Shown here piece after piece: positions 42,053 through 50,983 of a stretch of 64,000 bases of DNA. Positions within the stretch are counted from its first letter, which is position 1. Each line of letters opens with the position of its first letter. The notes beneath the pieces were generated by a model. The model searched no databases and was not told the DNA's origin. It saw nothing but the letters and a program-made list of their open reading frames with translations. The stretch lies in the NCBI GenBank assembly GCA_033723415.1, contig JAWVXD010000005.1, forward strand, positions 32,001-96,000, written 5' to 3'. The DNA comes from Sulfurospirillaceae bacterium (lineage in GTDB: Bacteria; Campylobacterota; Campylobacteria; Campylobacterales; Sulfurospirillaceae). Both the position numbers and the translations under genes were made by a program.

Positions 42053-42562
42053 TTATTTTTTGATGATATTTATTATATCCAAAATTGTTTTAGCATTGTA
42101 TTTAGCAGTTTGGTTTACAGTAGTATTTATAAAGATTGTATTTGGAATATTTGCTTTTAGTCCGGCTTCTATATCACTTGGTTTATCGCCGATCATCCAA
42201 GAATTATCTGTATCAAGATCATATTTTTTTATGGCACTTTCTAACATCTGAGCATTTGGCTTGCGACATTCGCAATTTTCTTCAGGTACATGAGGACAAT
42301 AATAAACTTCACAAATATGGATATCTTTCTTAGCAAACTCTTCAATCATCCAGTCTGTAAGGTTTTCAAAATCTTTTTTCGTATAATATCCTCTTCCTAT
42401 ACCGGATTGATTTGTGACAATAATGATCTTGTAACCCAAACTTTGCAAATATTTCAAAACTTCAAAGATACCTGAGGAAAATTCAAAATCTTTGATCTGT
42501 CCGACATATGATTTATCTACGTTTATGATCCCGTCTCTATCTAAAAAAACAGCTTTGTTCAT
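42053..42562 (-). CDS. gmhB: D,D-heptose 1,7-bisphosphate phosphatase
   Basis: FLDRDG, TNQSGIGRG, CPH..CECRKP, MIGD; ATG 42562 with GGAG SD (ORF track starts 42595). Confidence 0.93.
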   Translation of the reverse strand: MNKAVFLDRDGIINVDKSYVGQIKDFEFSSGIFEVLKYLQSLGYKIIIVTNQSGIGRGYYTKKDFENLTDWMIEEFAKKDIHICEVYYCPHVPEENCECRKPNAQMLESAIKKYDLDTDNSWMIGDKPSDIEAGLKANIPNTIFINTTVNQTAKYNAKTILDIINIIKK

Positions 42563-42563
42563 T

Positions 42564-43271
42564 TTACTTCTCCATAAGACCTTTGGAAATATCATTTAAT
42601 ATATGGGTATAATCAATATACTTGATATCTTTTTTGTGTTGTTCTAAAAGCCTACGTGAGATTTTAAAATATTTCACTGACTCAGCATGATTTTGAAAAT
42701 CTTCTTTCAATATCTTAGCCATGTAATAATTTGCGTAAAAATTTTCTTTATTATGTAAAAGTACTTTTTTGACTTCGCTTATACAGCTATATATTTGTCC
42801 ATTTTGTCTGTATGCAAGTGCCAGTTTCAATCTTATCTTATCTTGATGAGGATTGATCTTCAGACTTTTACCGTACCCGATAATAGCTTCATCTAAAATA
42901 CTCAATTCATAATACCCATCAGCCAATTTATTCCAATAAATAAAATTATTTGTTTTTAATGCTTCTTTCCTGAGTTTTGTAACCTGCAGAGCAAAAGGTA
43001 TGATTTTTGCTATCTCGCTGTTTTTAACGATACTTGGATCTATCCCATATGCATCTGTCAGAATTTCAAAACCTTTTGTCAATTTACCCTTTTTGAGATA
43101 TATGTTTGCCAACTGTAACAAACACTTTACATTCTCCGGCTCTATGTCCAATATCTTTTCTATTTGAGCCCTTGCAACTTCGGTATTAAACCTTCTAGCT
43201 GTGCATATAGGATAGTTTGACGAATACAAAAAAATCGAAAATAAACATAATATAAAAAAGTTTTTCAACAA
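42564..43271 (-). CDS. Exported TPR-repeat protein
   Basis: Signal-like N-terminus; TPR-like helices (LANIYLKKG, LADGYYEL, LALAYRQNG). Confidence 0.7.
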   Translation of the reverse strand: MLKNFFILCLFSIFLYSSNYPICTARRFNTEVARAQIEKILDIEPENVKCLLQLANIYLKKGKLTKGFEILTDAYGIDPSIVKNSEIAKIIPFALQVTKLRKEALKTNNFIYWNKLADGYYELSILDEAIIGYGKSLKINPHQDKIRLKLALAYRQNGQIYSCISEVKKVLLHNKENFYANYYMAKILKEDFQNHAESVKYFKISRRLLEQHKKDIKYIDYTHILNDISKGLMEK

Positions 43272-43438
43272 GACAATTCCCTAAATAAAGTATGTATAAC
43301 GTGATGTTATCTTAAAGAGGATTAAAAAAAACATTTAAATAAATAAACGCCAACTAATCTAAGAAAAAACAAAGTTTTACAAGAAAATTTAAAGATATAC
43401 ATGATAAAATTATGACCAAATTAAAAAAAAGGAAACGT

Positions 43439-43735
43439 ATGAAAAAGATAATTATGGCTACAGCTCTTGTTTTCGCAGCAAGCTCAGCAGTAATGGCAGC
43501 AGACACAGATGTTAATGTTGCAACGTGTAAAGGTTGTCATGGACAAAACTTCGAGAAAAAAGCACTTGGTGTATCAAAAATTGTAAAAGATATGACTCAT
43601 GCAGAAATTGCAACTGCACTTAAAGGATATAAAGCTGGTACTTTCGGTGGCGCTATGAAAGGTGTTATGAAAGGTCAAGTATCTAAATATTCTGATGACG
43701 ATTTAGTAGAATTTTCAAAAACAGTAGGTAAGTAA
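43439..43735 (+). CDS. Monohaem cytochrome c553-like protein
   Basis: Signal peptide, CKGCH, ALKGYK, GVMKGQ distal Met; AAGGA SD before ATG 43439. Confidence 0.92.
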   Translation: MKKIIMATALVFAASSAVMAADTDVNVATCKGCHGQNFEKKALGVSKIVKDMTHAEIATALKGYKAGTFGGAMKGVMKGQVSKYSDDDLVEFSKTVGK

Positions 43736-43743
43736 TTTACTTT

Positions 43744-43763
43744 GGCGGGTATACCCGCCTTTT
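43744..43763 (+). terminator. Intrinsic terminator
   Basis: GGCGGG-TATA-CCCGCC followed by TTTT. Confidence 0.75.
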
Positions 43764-43819
43764 GCATACTTTGTCTTTGCCCAAAAGCAATTCTCCACAT
43801 TTTGCAAGGAGATACAAAA

Positions 43820-44116
43820 ATGAAAACTCTCATTTTTTTATTTTTTATTTTTACAAGTACTTCACTTTTTTCATATGATGGCGCTGTTATTTTTAACAAA
43901 TGTGCAAAATGTCATGGCATAGACGGGAAACATAAAGCTTTCGGTAAATCTGCAAAGATAGCCGGTGCACCGGCAAAACAAACTATTGCAGTATTAGAAA
44001 TATTTAAAAATATGTCTAGAGTAGATAAATTTGCAAAAGTCATGAATAAAGAAGTTTCAAAACTAAACGAAGAGCAGATAAAAGCAGTAGCAGAATATAT
44101 CTCAAAACTAAAATAG
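43820..44116 (+). CDS. Second monohaem class I cytochrome c
   Basis: AAGGAG SD, signal peptide MKTLIF..., CAKCH, KVM distal Met, IKAVAEYI. Confidence 0.88.
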   Translation: MKTLIFLFFIFTSTSLFSYDGAVIFNKCAKCHGIDGKHKAFGKSAKIAGAPAKQTIAVLEIFKNMSRVDKFAKVMNKEVSKLNEEQIKAVAEYISKLK

Positions 44117-44117
44117 T

Positions 44118-44354
44118 CTAATCAGGCGGTCCATATCCTTTTTCTTTTGCCTTTCTTTCTTTTATATTCTTTTTTCTTTCTTCCAACATAACAGCATCCT
44201 GCAAAGATTCCTCATCATCATATAAAGCTCCATCCAGAAATTTATTTTGATCATCAAATTGACCTGTTCTTAAACCCCAAATAAGTGCCCAAAGTCCAAA
44301 AGCTCCAAGCGTTATAGATGCCCCAAGCATCATGGCTATAACCCAACTGTTCAT
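44118..44354 (-). CDS. ccoS: cbb3-type oxidase assembly protein CcoS/FixS
   Basis: TM helix then WGLRTGQFDD; downstream of ccoI. Confidence 0.9.
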   Translation of the reverse strand: MNSWVIAMMLGASITLGAFGLWALIWGLRTGQFDDQNKFLDGALYDDEESLQDAVMLEERKKNIKERKAKEKGYGPPD

Positions 44355-44355
44355 A

Positions 44356-44436
44356 TTAACTGTCTCCTTTAACTTGGGACAGGTTCCAAGTTAAATTCCT
44401 CTCACTAAAGCTTCGCCCTTGGCGAGAATTTTTCAT
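44356..44436 (-). CDS. Repeat-encoded mini-ORF, 26 aa (MKNSRQGRSFSERNLTWNLSQVKGDS)
   Basis: Strong SD GGAGGAG upstream; stop 1 nt before ccoS ATG. Confidence 0.55.
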   Translation of the reverse strand: MKNSRQGRSFSERNLTWNLSQVKGDS

Positions 44437-44447
44437 TAACTGTCTCC
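44356..44447 (-). repeat. 80-bp structured intergenic repeat, copy C, plus duplicated SD/stop/start end (GGAGACAGTTAA)
   Basis: TGTCTCC recurs at 44361 and 44441 (80-bp period); 61/81 identical to copy at 50769-50849. Confidence 0.9.
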
Positions 44448-44468
44448 TCCAACATTTAGTATGATCAT
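44436..44468 (-). CDS. Linker mini-ORF, 10 aa (MIILNVGGDS)
   Basis: TAATG overlap with ccoI stop and TAATG overlap with the next mini-ORF. Confidence 0.35.
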   Translation of the reverse strand: MIILNVGGDS

Positions 44469-46885
44469 TATTTTCTTTTTGGTGTCTTAATCATATTGAT
44501 TCTCATAGAATTTCCTACAACTATCAATGAACTAAGTGACATTGATAAAGCTGCAAACAGCGGAATCACATATCCTGCCATAGCAAGTGGTATCGTTATA
44601 GCATTATACAAAAATGATAACAATAAATTTTCTTTAACGATACGAAATGTCCTCTTTGAGATCAAGAATGAGTAATACAGTGACTCAAATGAATTATTTA
44701 TAAGTACGACATCACTTACATTTAGAGCTATATCAGCCCCACTACCCATAGTTATAGCTATCTCACTTTTTGAAAGTGCCAAAGCATCATTGATCCCATC
44801 TCCTACCATGACTACTTTTTTACCGTTCTTTCTAGCCTCTTCTATTATATTAGCTTTCTCTTGAGGCAGTAAAGAAGCATAAAATTTTTCTATTCCTACT
44901 CTATTGCATATTTTTTTTGCCACTTCCTTATTGTCTCCTGTCAGCATAATCACTTCTACACCTAAGTGTTTGATATTTTCTATGCTCCAAGCAGCATCTT
45001 CTCTTGGTATATCTTCTAATGCAAAAACTGCCACTACTTCATTATTGATTGCAAAGTAGTATTGACTAAAATCTTCAAAACTGCTATTACATTTTATACC
45101 ATTTTCAGATAATAAACTCATGCTGCCACCATAAAGTGTAGCTCCTTCATAAGTGGCTTTTATGCCTTTTGCTTCGATATTTTTGATGTTTTGCAAGTCT
45201 TTTATTTTAAATTTTTCTTCCTCAAAATATTCTGCTATCGCTTTACTTATAGGATGAGTAGAATTTTTACTTAGAGAATATAAAAGCGATCTGTCAAAAT
45301 CTTTTAAATATACTTTATCCACAATTTTGGGTTTCCCGGAAGTTATAGTACCGGTCTTATCCAACATCAATACGTCACATTTCGCCATAGTTTCTAGAAA
45401 TGAAGCTTCTTTAAATAGGATACCTGATTTAGCAGCCATCCCAAGACCAACAAGCGTAGAAACTGGAGTTGCCAATCCAAGAGCGCAAGGACATGCTATG
45501 ACTATAACAGAAATTGCAACTATTAAAGAGCGCTCAAAAGGTTCTCCGCCAAAATACCAAAATAGTAAAGTTCCAATAGAGAGTAATAAAATAATAGTAG
45601 AGAAGTAACCAGATACGATATTTGCTAGCTTTTCAATTTGTGGTTTCTTATTCATAGAATCTTCTAATAACGAAGTTATTTTACTCAATACCGAAGAATT
45701 GACATCACATATCGCACGATATCTAAAAACAGTATCTAGCGCGATATATCCACTTAGTATCTTATCTCCTGTCTTCAAAAAAACAGGTGTAGATTCTCCT
45801 GTCAAGCTTGAAGTATCAAATGAAGATTCACCGTCAATAATAACGCCGTCAATAACAATTTTTTCACCGGCCTTTACTTCTAATATATCTCCTGTTTTAA
45901 CTTCTTCTACACCTAACAATATCTTTTCATCGTTTTTTATGACCAATACTTCCGTAGGGACTGAGCTGTTAAAACTGTCCAACCTGTCTACAGCCTTTTT
46001 CTTTGATAAAACTTCTAAATATTTTCCTGCAAATACAAAAGTTATGATCATAGTCACAGAATCAAAATAAACTTCTCCTTTTTGAGAAAACATCGCATAT
46101 AAAGAGTATATATAAGCTGAAGTTGCACCTGTTGCAACTAGAATATCCATATTTACATATTTGTTCTTTATCCCGTAATATGCACCTTTAAAATACACCG
46201 AACCCGTGTAAAAAAGAGTTGGTGTTGCTAGTACGAATTCTGCAAAATTCAAGATGTTTTTTATTTCGAGTTTCATGCCTGTAAAATAACCTGCATATTG
46301 AGCTATTGCGATCCACATGATATTCATAGTAGTGAAAACGCCGACCAATAATCTAGCGTAATAATCACGTCTAGTACTATTTGCCTGAATCTCCTGCATG
46401 CTAGGATCATAAGGGTATGCATTGTAGCCGATGTTCCTGATAGTAAGTATGATTTCTGAGAGTTTTATAGTGTCCGGATCCCAAACGATTTTTGCTTTAT
46501 TGTTTGTTTGATTAATGCTTGCTTCTACTATACCATCTTTTTGATGCAATACTTTTTCGTTAAGCCAGACACAAGCGGAGCAGTGAATTCCTTCTATAAT
46601 GAGATAAATCTCATAAAATCCGTCTTTATTTTTTATATATTTTTTGTTAAAACCTTCTAGATCAAATTTTTCAACTTCACCAAGATCTTCTTTTGGTGGT
46701 TCAAGTTCAGTATTTCCGACTCTTTTATAAAAATCATCCAAACCTTCACTTTTCAGAAGATGGAAAACTCCTTGACAGCCTTTGCAGCAAAAATATTTTG
46801 TTGAATCTTCAAAACTGCTGTCTTTAATCAATACCTTTTCGTCAAATTCAAGATGACAATGGTCACAGCGTCTTTTTTGCATCAA
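44468..46885 (-). CDS. ccoI: P1B-type Cu ATPase CcoI/FixI
   Basis: CDHC..FCCKGC N-terminus, GIHCSAC HMA, TGES, CPCALG, DKTGT, GDGIND; adjacent ccoS. Confidence 0.9.
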   Translation of the reverse strand: MMQKRRCDHCHLEFDEKVLIKDSSFEDSTKYFCCKGCQGVFHLLKSEGLDDFYKRVGNTELEPPKEDLGEVEKFDLEGFNKKYIKNKDGFYEIYLIIEGIHCSACVWLNEKVLHQKDGIVEASINQTNNKAKIVWDPDTIKLSEIILTIRNIGYNAYPYDPSMQEIQANSTRRDYYARLLVGVFTTMNIMWIAIAQYAGYFTGMKLEIKNILNFAEFVLATPTLFYTGSVYFKGAYYGIKNKYVNMDILVATGATSAYIYSLYAMFSQKGEVYFDSVTMIITFVFAGKYLEVLSKKKAVDRLDSFNSSVPTEVLVIKNDEKILLGVEEVKTGDILEVKAGEKIVIDGVIIDGESSFDTSSLTGESTPVFLKTGDKILSGYIALDTVFRYRAICDVNSSVLSKITSLLEDSMNKKPQIEKLANIVSGYFSTIILLLSIGTLLFWYFGGEPFERSLIVAISVIVIACPCALGLATPVSTLVGLGMAAKSGILFKEASFLETMAKCDVLMLDKTGTITSGKPKIVDKVYLKDFDRSLLYSLSKNSTHPISKAIAEYFEEEKFKIKDLQNIKNIEAKGIKATYEGATLYGGSMSLLSENGIKCNSSFEDFSQYYFAINNEVVAVFALEDIPREDAAWSIENIKHLGVEVIMLTGDNKEVAKKICNRVGIEKFYASLLPQEKANIIEEARKNGKKVVMVGDGINDALALSKSEIAITMGSGADIALNVSDVVLINNSFESLYYSFLISKRTFRIVKENLLLSFLYNAITIPLAMAGYVIPLFAALSMSLSSLIVVGNSMRINMIKTPKRK

Positions 46886-46995
46886 ACCTATACCTTATTA
46901 ACAAAAACTATATGCGTAATTATATCGTGACTTTCTAAATTATAACTGACCTTATGGCATCAAAAATTCTACCTACTCTAAACTATTGAAACTTC

Positions 46996-47024
46996 TTGAC
47001 AAAAAACCTACATTATTATAAAAT
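46996..47024 (+). promoter_or_regulatory. sigma70 promoter of rho
   Basis: TTGACA-N17-TAAAAT. Confidence 0.7.
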
Positions 47025-47156
47025 TACGGTTACATTAGCAAGAGCACTTCGCTCTTATAAAGTCACTACAAAAAGCAACTATACTTCTCATTTTAGTTCA
47101 ACGGACCAACAGGAGAGGTATGCTTCAAAAAACATTAACTACAAAAAGAAGGCAAA

Positions 47157-48494
47157 ATGAATAATAATTCTTCCTCAGAGAACCAAAAACCAAAAAGCAA
47201 TGGAAATTATCGTAAATCAAGAACACATGTACCTGTTGAAGGTTACAAAATAGAAAACTTAAGAAGTATGGAACTTGATAAACTTGTAGAAATAGCAACT
47301 GAACTCAATGTTGAAAATCCAAATGAACTAAAAAGACAAGATTTAATGTTTGAGATATTGAAATCTCAAGTCAATAAAGGTGGTTTCATCCTATTTACAG
47401 GGATATTAGAGATAACTCACGAAGGATATGGCTTTTTACGAACGACTGACACAAATTTTAGTGACAGTGCAAATGATGCATACGTAAGTGCTACACAAGT
47501 AAAGAAATTCGCATTAAGAAACGGCGATATAGTGACAGGACAAGTAAGACAACCAAAAGATCAAGAAAGATACTATGCTCTTTTAAAGATTGAAGCTATC
47601 AACTATCTTCCTATGCAAGACAGTAGAAAAAGACCTCTTTTTGAGAATCTAACACCTGTTTATCCTACAGAATGCATCAAAATGGAATATGACAAGATGA
47701 AGATCACCGGCAGAGTGTTAGATTTATTTACCCCTATAGGAAAAGGTCAGAGAGGACTTATCGTAGCACCTCCTAGAAGCGGGAAAACAGAGCTTATGAA
47801 AGAGTTGGCAAACGGGATCTCTTTTAATCATCCGGAAATCGAACTCATAGTTCTCTTGGTAGATGAAAGACCGGAAGAAGTTACAGATATGCAAAGAAGC
47901 GTAAATGGAGAAGTATATAGCTCAACTTTTGATATGCCGGCCTCTAATCATGTAAGAGTTGCAAACCTAGTCATAGAAAAAGCAAAAAGAAGAGTTGAGA
48001 TGGGCAAAGACGTAGTAATACTTTTAGACTCAATCACCAGACTCGCTCGTGCATACAATACCGTAACACCTTCAAGCGGGAAAATACTAAGCGGAGGTGT
48101 GGACGCAAATGCCCTACATAAACCAAAAAGATTTTTCGGTGCAGCAAGAAACATAGAATTCGGAGGAAGTTTAACTATCATCTCAACAGCACTTATAGAA
48201 ACAGGCAGCAGAATGGATGAAGTTATTTTTGAAGAGTTTAAAGGAACAGGAAATAGTGAAATCGTGTTGGATAGAAATATTTCTGATCGAAGAATTTATC
48301 CAGCTATAAATATAATGAAATCTGCAACAAGAAAAGAAGAGTTGCTAGTTAATCCTGAAACATTACAAAAGATATGGGCTATAAGATCGGCTATCTCTCA
48401 AATGGAAGATATAGAAGCTCTCAAATTTTTATACTCTAAAATGTTGAAAACAGATAATAATGCAGAATTGCTTTCAACCATAAACGAAAGTTAG
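47157..48494 (+). CDS. rho: Transcription termination factor Rho
   Basis: [39 protein letters not shown]. Confidence 0.98.
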   Translation: MNNNSSSENQKPKSNGNYRKSRTHVPVEGYKIENLRSMELDKLVEIATELNVENPNELKRQDLMFEILKSQVNKGGFILFTGILEITHEGYGFLRTTDTNFSDSANDAYVSATQVKKFALRNGDIVTGQVRQPKDQERYYALLKIEAINYLPMQDSRKRPLFENLTPVYPTECIKMEYDKMKITGRVLDLFTPIGKGQRGLIVAPPRSGKTELMKELANGISFNHPEIELIVLLVDERPEEVTDMQRSVNGEVYSSTFDMPASNHVRVANLVIEKAKRRVEMGKDVVILLDSITRLARAYNTVTPSSGKILSGGVDANALHKPKRFFGAARNIEFGGSLTIISTALIETGSRMDEVIFEEFKGTGNSEIVLDRNISDRRIYPAINIMKSATRKEELLVNPETLQKIWAIRSAISQMEDIEALKFLYSKMLKTDNNAELLSTINES

Positions 48495-48560
48495 AAAAAA
48501 TAATTTTTTTATAATTTGTTTTAAGATATACTGTATATTATTACTAAAAGAGGTTGAAAA

Positions 48561-50201
48561 TTGTCACAAGTACTTGCATTAAAATATCGTCCTAAATCAT
48601 TTGAGCAACTTATTGGTCAAAACTCTGTCACGCAAACTCTATCTCTTGCTCTAAATCAAGACAGGTTATCTCATGCTTATCTTTTTTCGGGGCTACGAGG
48701 GAGCGGTAAAACTTCAACTGCAAGAATTTTTTCAAAAGCTCTTATTTGTGAAAAAGGGCCAAATTCAACACCATGTGATGTATGTGAAAATTGTCAGATG
48801 GCAAATGAAAACAGACACATCGACATAGTAGAAATGGATGCTGCAAGTAGCAGAAAGATTGATGATATCAGAGAACTGATTGAGCATACTAAATACAAAC
48901 CCAATATAGCAAGATATAAAATATTTATAATAGATGAAGTTCATATGCTCACAAAAGAGGCTTTTAATGCCCTTTTAAAGACTTTGGAAGAGCCTCCTTC
49001 TTATATTAAATTTATATTAGCTACGACAGATCCTATGAAACTTCCACCAACTATACTATCAAGAACTCAACATTTTAGATTTAAGCAAATTGGCGAAAAA
49101 GATGTTGTAAATCACTTATCACATCTGCTAAATTTAGAAAATATAAGTTATGAAATAGAGGCTTTGCATATGTTAAGCCGTGCAGGAAATGGCTCGCTAA
49201 GAGATACACTGACCTTGCTAGATCAAGCTATTATTTTTTCTAAATCTGATATAACTGCACCTAGTCTGGCTTCTATGCTAGGTCTTCTAGACCCTAAGCA
49301 ATTAGAATACATATTTGATGCTATTTTGTCTAAAGATAAAGACAAGATTCTATCAATTTTAAGAGAGTTAGAAAACTATGAGTGTGAAGTTGTCTTAGAT
49401 GAGCTTATAGCATATCTTAAAACAGCATTTTTTGAGCAAGACAGTAGATTTTCTATCTTGCTGAGTGAAAGATTTTTTAGAATTTTAAGTGAAGCAAAAA
49501 ACTTGCTGTATATAAATGCCGACAATATTTTTATACTCTCTTTAGTATTTTTCAAGATGATAGAAGCAACAAATATAAAAACTATAGATGATATGATAGA
49601 AGAGTTAGAAAATGAAAAATTTAGACATCCTATGCAAAAAGAAGAATCGACCATAACATCAGATATTCCCGTTGCCGCTACACCAAAAGAAGAAAAATCT
49701 GATATAACGCCTCAAAATCATTTTGCCAGACTGATAACTTTATTGAAAGATCGAAATCTAGATACAGGAAACTGTTTTGAAAGATATATAACATTTATCA
49801 GTTTTGAAGATGAGACTCTGACTTTAAGCTCTAATGCAAGCGAAGATTGCAAAAAAATGCTAAGACATGCGACTAGCATCATAAAGCACTTTGTTCAAAA
49901 TGTTTATGGTATAAATACTACCATCAAAATGGTACAAGGAACTCCAAAAGAAGATCTGTCTGAAGAGCAGCATGAACCTCAAGAACAATTTGAAAGTTCA
50001 CAAGAACAGACTCTGCCTCCAAAGGAAGATGAGAATAACACACTCAACAATCAAGAAGATAATTCAGGAAGCTGTGTTGCAGGTCATGTCATGAGCGGAA
50101 AAGAAGAGATAGATGCAAAAGAAATTTTGAATAATCCCTTTATAAAAAAAGCAACCGAACTGTTTGATCCTAAGAAAATAGAGATCCATCCAAAGATCTA
50201 G
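48561..50201 (+). CDS. dnaX: DNA polymerase III subunit gamma/tau
   Basis: LALKYRP, GLRGSGKT, C4 Zn site, IIDEVHML, NALLKTLEEPP. Confidence 0.96.
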   Translation: MSQVLALKYRPKSFEQLIGQNSVTQTLSLALNQDRLSHAYLFSGLRGSGKTSTARIFSKALICEKGPNSTPCDVCENCQMANENRHIDIVEMDAASSRKIDDIRELIEHTKYKPNIARYKIFIIDEVHMLTKEAFNALLKTLEEPPSYIKFILATTDPMKLPPTILSRTQHFRFKQIGEKDVVNHLSHLLNLENISYEIEALHMLSRAGNGSLRDTLTLLDQAIIFSKSDITAPSLASMLGLLDPKQLEYIFDAILSKDKDKILSILRELENYECEVVLDELIAYLKTAFFEQDSRFSILLSERFFRILSEAKNLLYINADNIFILSLVFFKMIEATNIKTIDDMIEELENEKFRHPMQKEESTITSDIPVAATPKEEKSDITPQNHFARLITLLKDRNLDTGNCFERYITFISFEDETLTLSSNASEDCKKMLRHATSIIKHFVQNVYGINTTIKMVQGTPKEDLSEEQHEPQEQFESSQEQTLPPKEDENNTLNNQEDNSGSCVAGHVMSGKEEIDAKEILNNPFIKKATELFDPKKIEIHPKI

Positions 50202-50202
50202 A

Positions 50203-50769
50203 TCATACTTTTACTCTTAAATCCATAGCTTTTGACAAAGATAAGATATCTACATTTTCAAGATGAACGCCCGTAGGAACACCTTGTGCAATTTTCGTAA
50301 AAGATAAAGACATATCTTTAAGATTATCTTCTATATGCATAATCACAACATCATTCGAAAGTGATGGTGTCAATGCAAATATAATTTCTTTAACTCCATC
50401 TTTAGCTATAGTTTTTAGATGATCTATACTATCCGGTTCTACATTTTCTAATACAAAATATTTTCCGTCATATAAGTTATACTCTTCTAATACCAATATA
50501 TCTTTTGCATTTTCTACTATGCAAATCTTTGTATTGTCACGTTTTTCATCCAGACATATCTCACATATCTCGTTTTCACTTAATGCCCCGCAATTTTGAC
50601 ATTTTTTGATTGATTTGACAGCAATTTCTATTGAATTTGCAAGCTTCATAGCCAAGAAAGTATCATTTAATACTAAGTGATACGCATATCTCATAGCCGA
50701 CTTTTTGCCAACAGTCGGTATAGATTGAAATGCTTCTACTAGATTATTGAATTTTTCTAATTGTTTCAT
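50203..50769 (-). CDS. recR: Recombination mediator RecR
   Basis: PTVGKKSA HhH, CQNC..CEIC Zn finger, Toprim, IAQGVPTG. Confidence 0.95.
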   Translation of the reverse strand: MKQLEKFNNLVEAFQSIPTVGKKSAMRYAYHLVLNDTFLAMKLANSIEIAVKSIKKCQNCGALSENEICEICLDEKRDNTKICIVENAKDILVLEEYNLYDGKYFVLENVEPDSIDHLKTIAKDGVKEIIFALTPSLSNDVVIMHIEDNLKDMSLSFTKIAQGVPTGVHLENVDILSLSKAMDLRVKV

Positions 50770-50849
50770 TAACTGTCTCCTTTAGTTTGGAACTCGTCCC
50801 GAACTAAATTCCTCGCACTAAAGCTAGCGCTTTGCGCAGAGTGTTTCAT
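50769..50849 (-). CDS. Repeat-encoded mini-ORF, 26 aa (MKHSAQSASFSARNLVRDEFQTKGDS)
   Basis: AAAGGAG SD upstream; TAATG overlap with recR start. Confidence 0.55.
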   Translation of the reverse strand: MKHSAQSASFSARNLVRDEFQTKGDS

Positions 50850-50904
50850 TGTCTGTCTCCTTTAACTTGGAACTCGTCCAAAGCTAAATTTCTCGTACTA
50901 AAGC
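50769..50904 (-). repeat. Tandem copies (B complete, A 3' part) of the 80-bp structured repeat
   Basis: CTGTCTCCTTTA recurs at 50773 and 50853 (80-bp period); matches 44356-44436. Confidence 0.9.
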
Positions 50905-50983
50905 ACAAAACAGAAGTTTCTGTATCGCTATTTTCTATAATTTGAAAAAGCGCAGGAGTTGAATTTTTGTCTATTTTTTTCAT
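50846..50983 (-). CDS. Mini-ORF, 45 aa, ending in the repeat (MKKIDKNSTPALFQIIENSDTETSVLCFSTRNLALDEFQVKGDRQ)
   Basis: ATGA overlap with kinase stop and ATGA overlap with the next mini-ORF. Confidence 0.45.
   Translation of the reverse strand: MKKIDKNSTPALFQIIENSDTETSVLCFSTRNLALDEFQVKGDRQ

Noticed and set aside
44356..44447. Repeat hairpin as a simple intrinsic terminator
   Set aside because: On the coding strand it is followed by an SD and start codon, not a U-tract, and it lies inside an operon.
47073..47125. Riboswitch or SRP-like RNA in the rho leader
   Set aside because: No recognisable consensus of glycine, SAM, TPP or SRP motifs; kept only as a structured leader.
49625..49650. E. coli-type programmed -1 frameshift in dnaX
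   Set aside because: Only CAAAAAG here, not A AAA AAG in the required phase, and no evident stimulatory hairpin.
50769..50904. 80-bp periodic repeats as a CRISPR mini-array
   Set aside because: Only two units, similarity spans most of the unit rather than repeat plus unique spacer, and there are no cas genes in the window.
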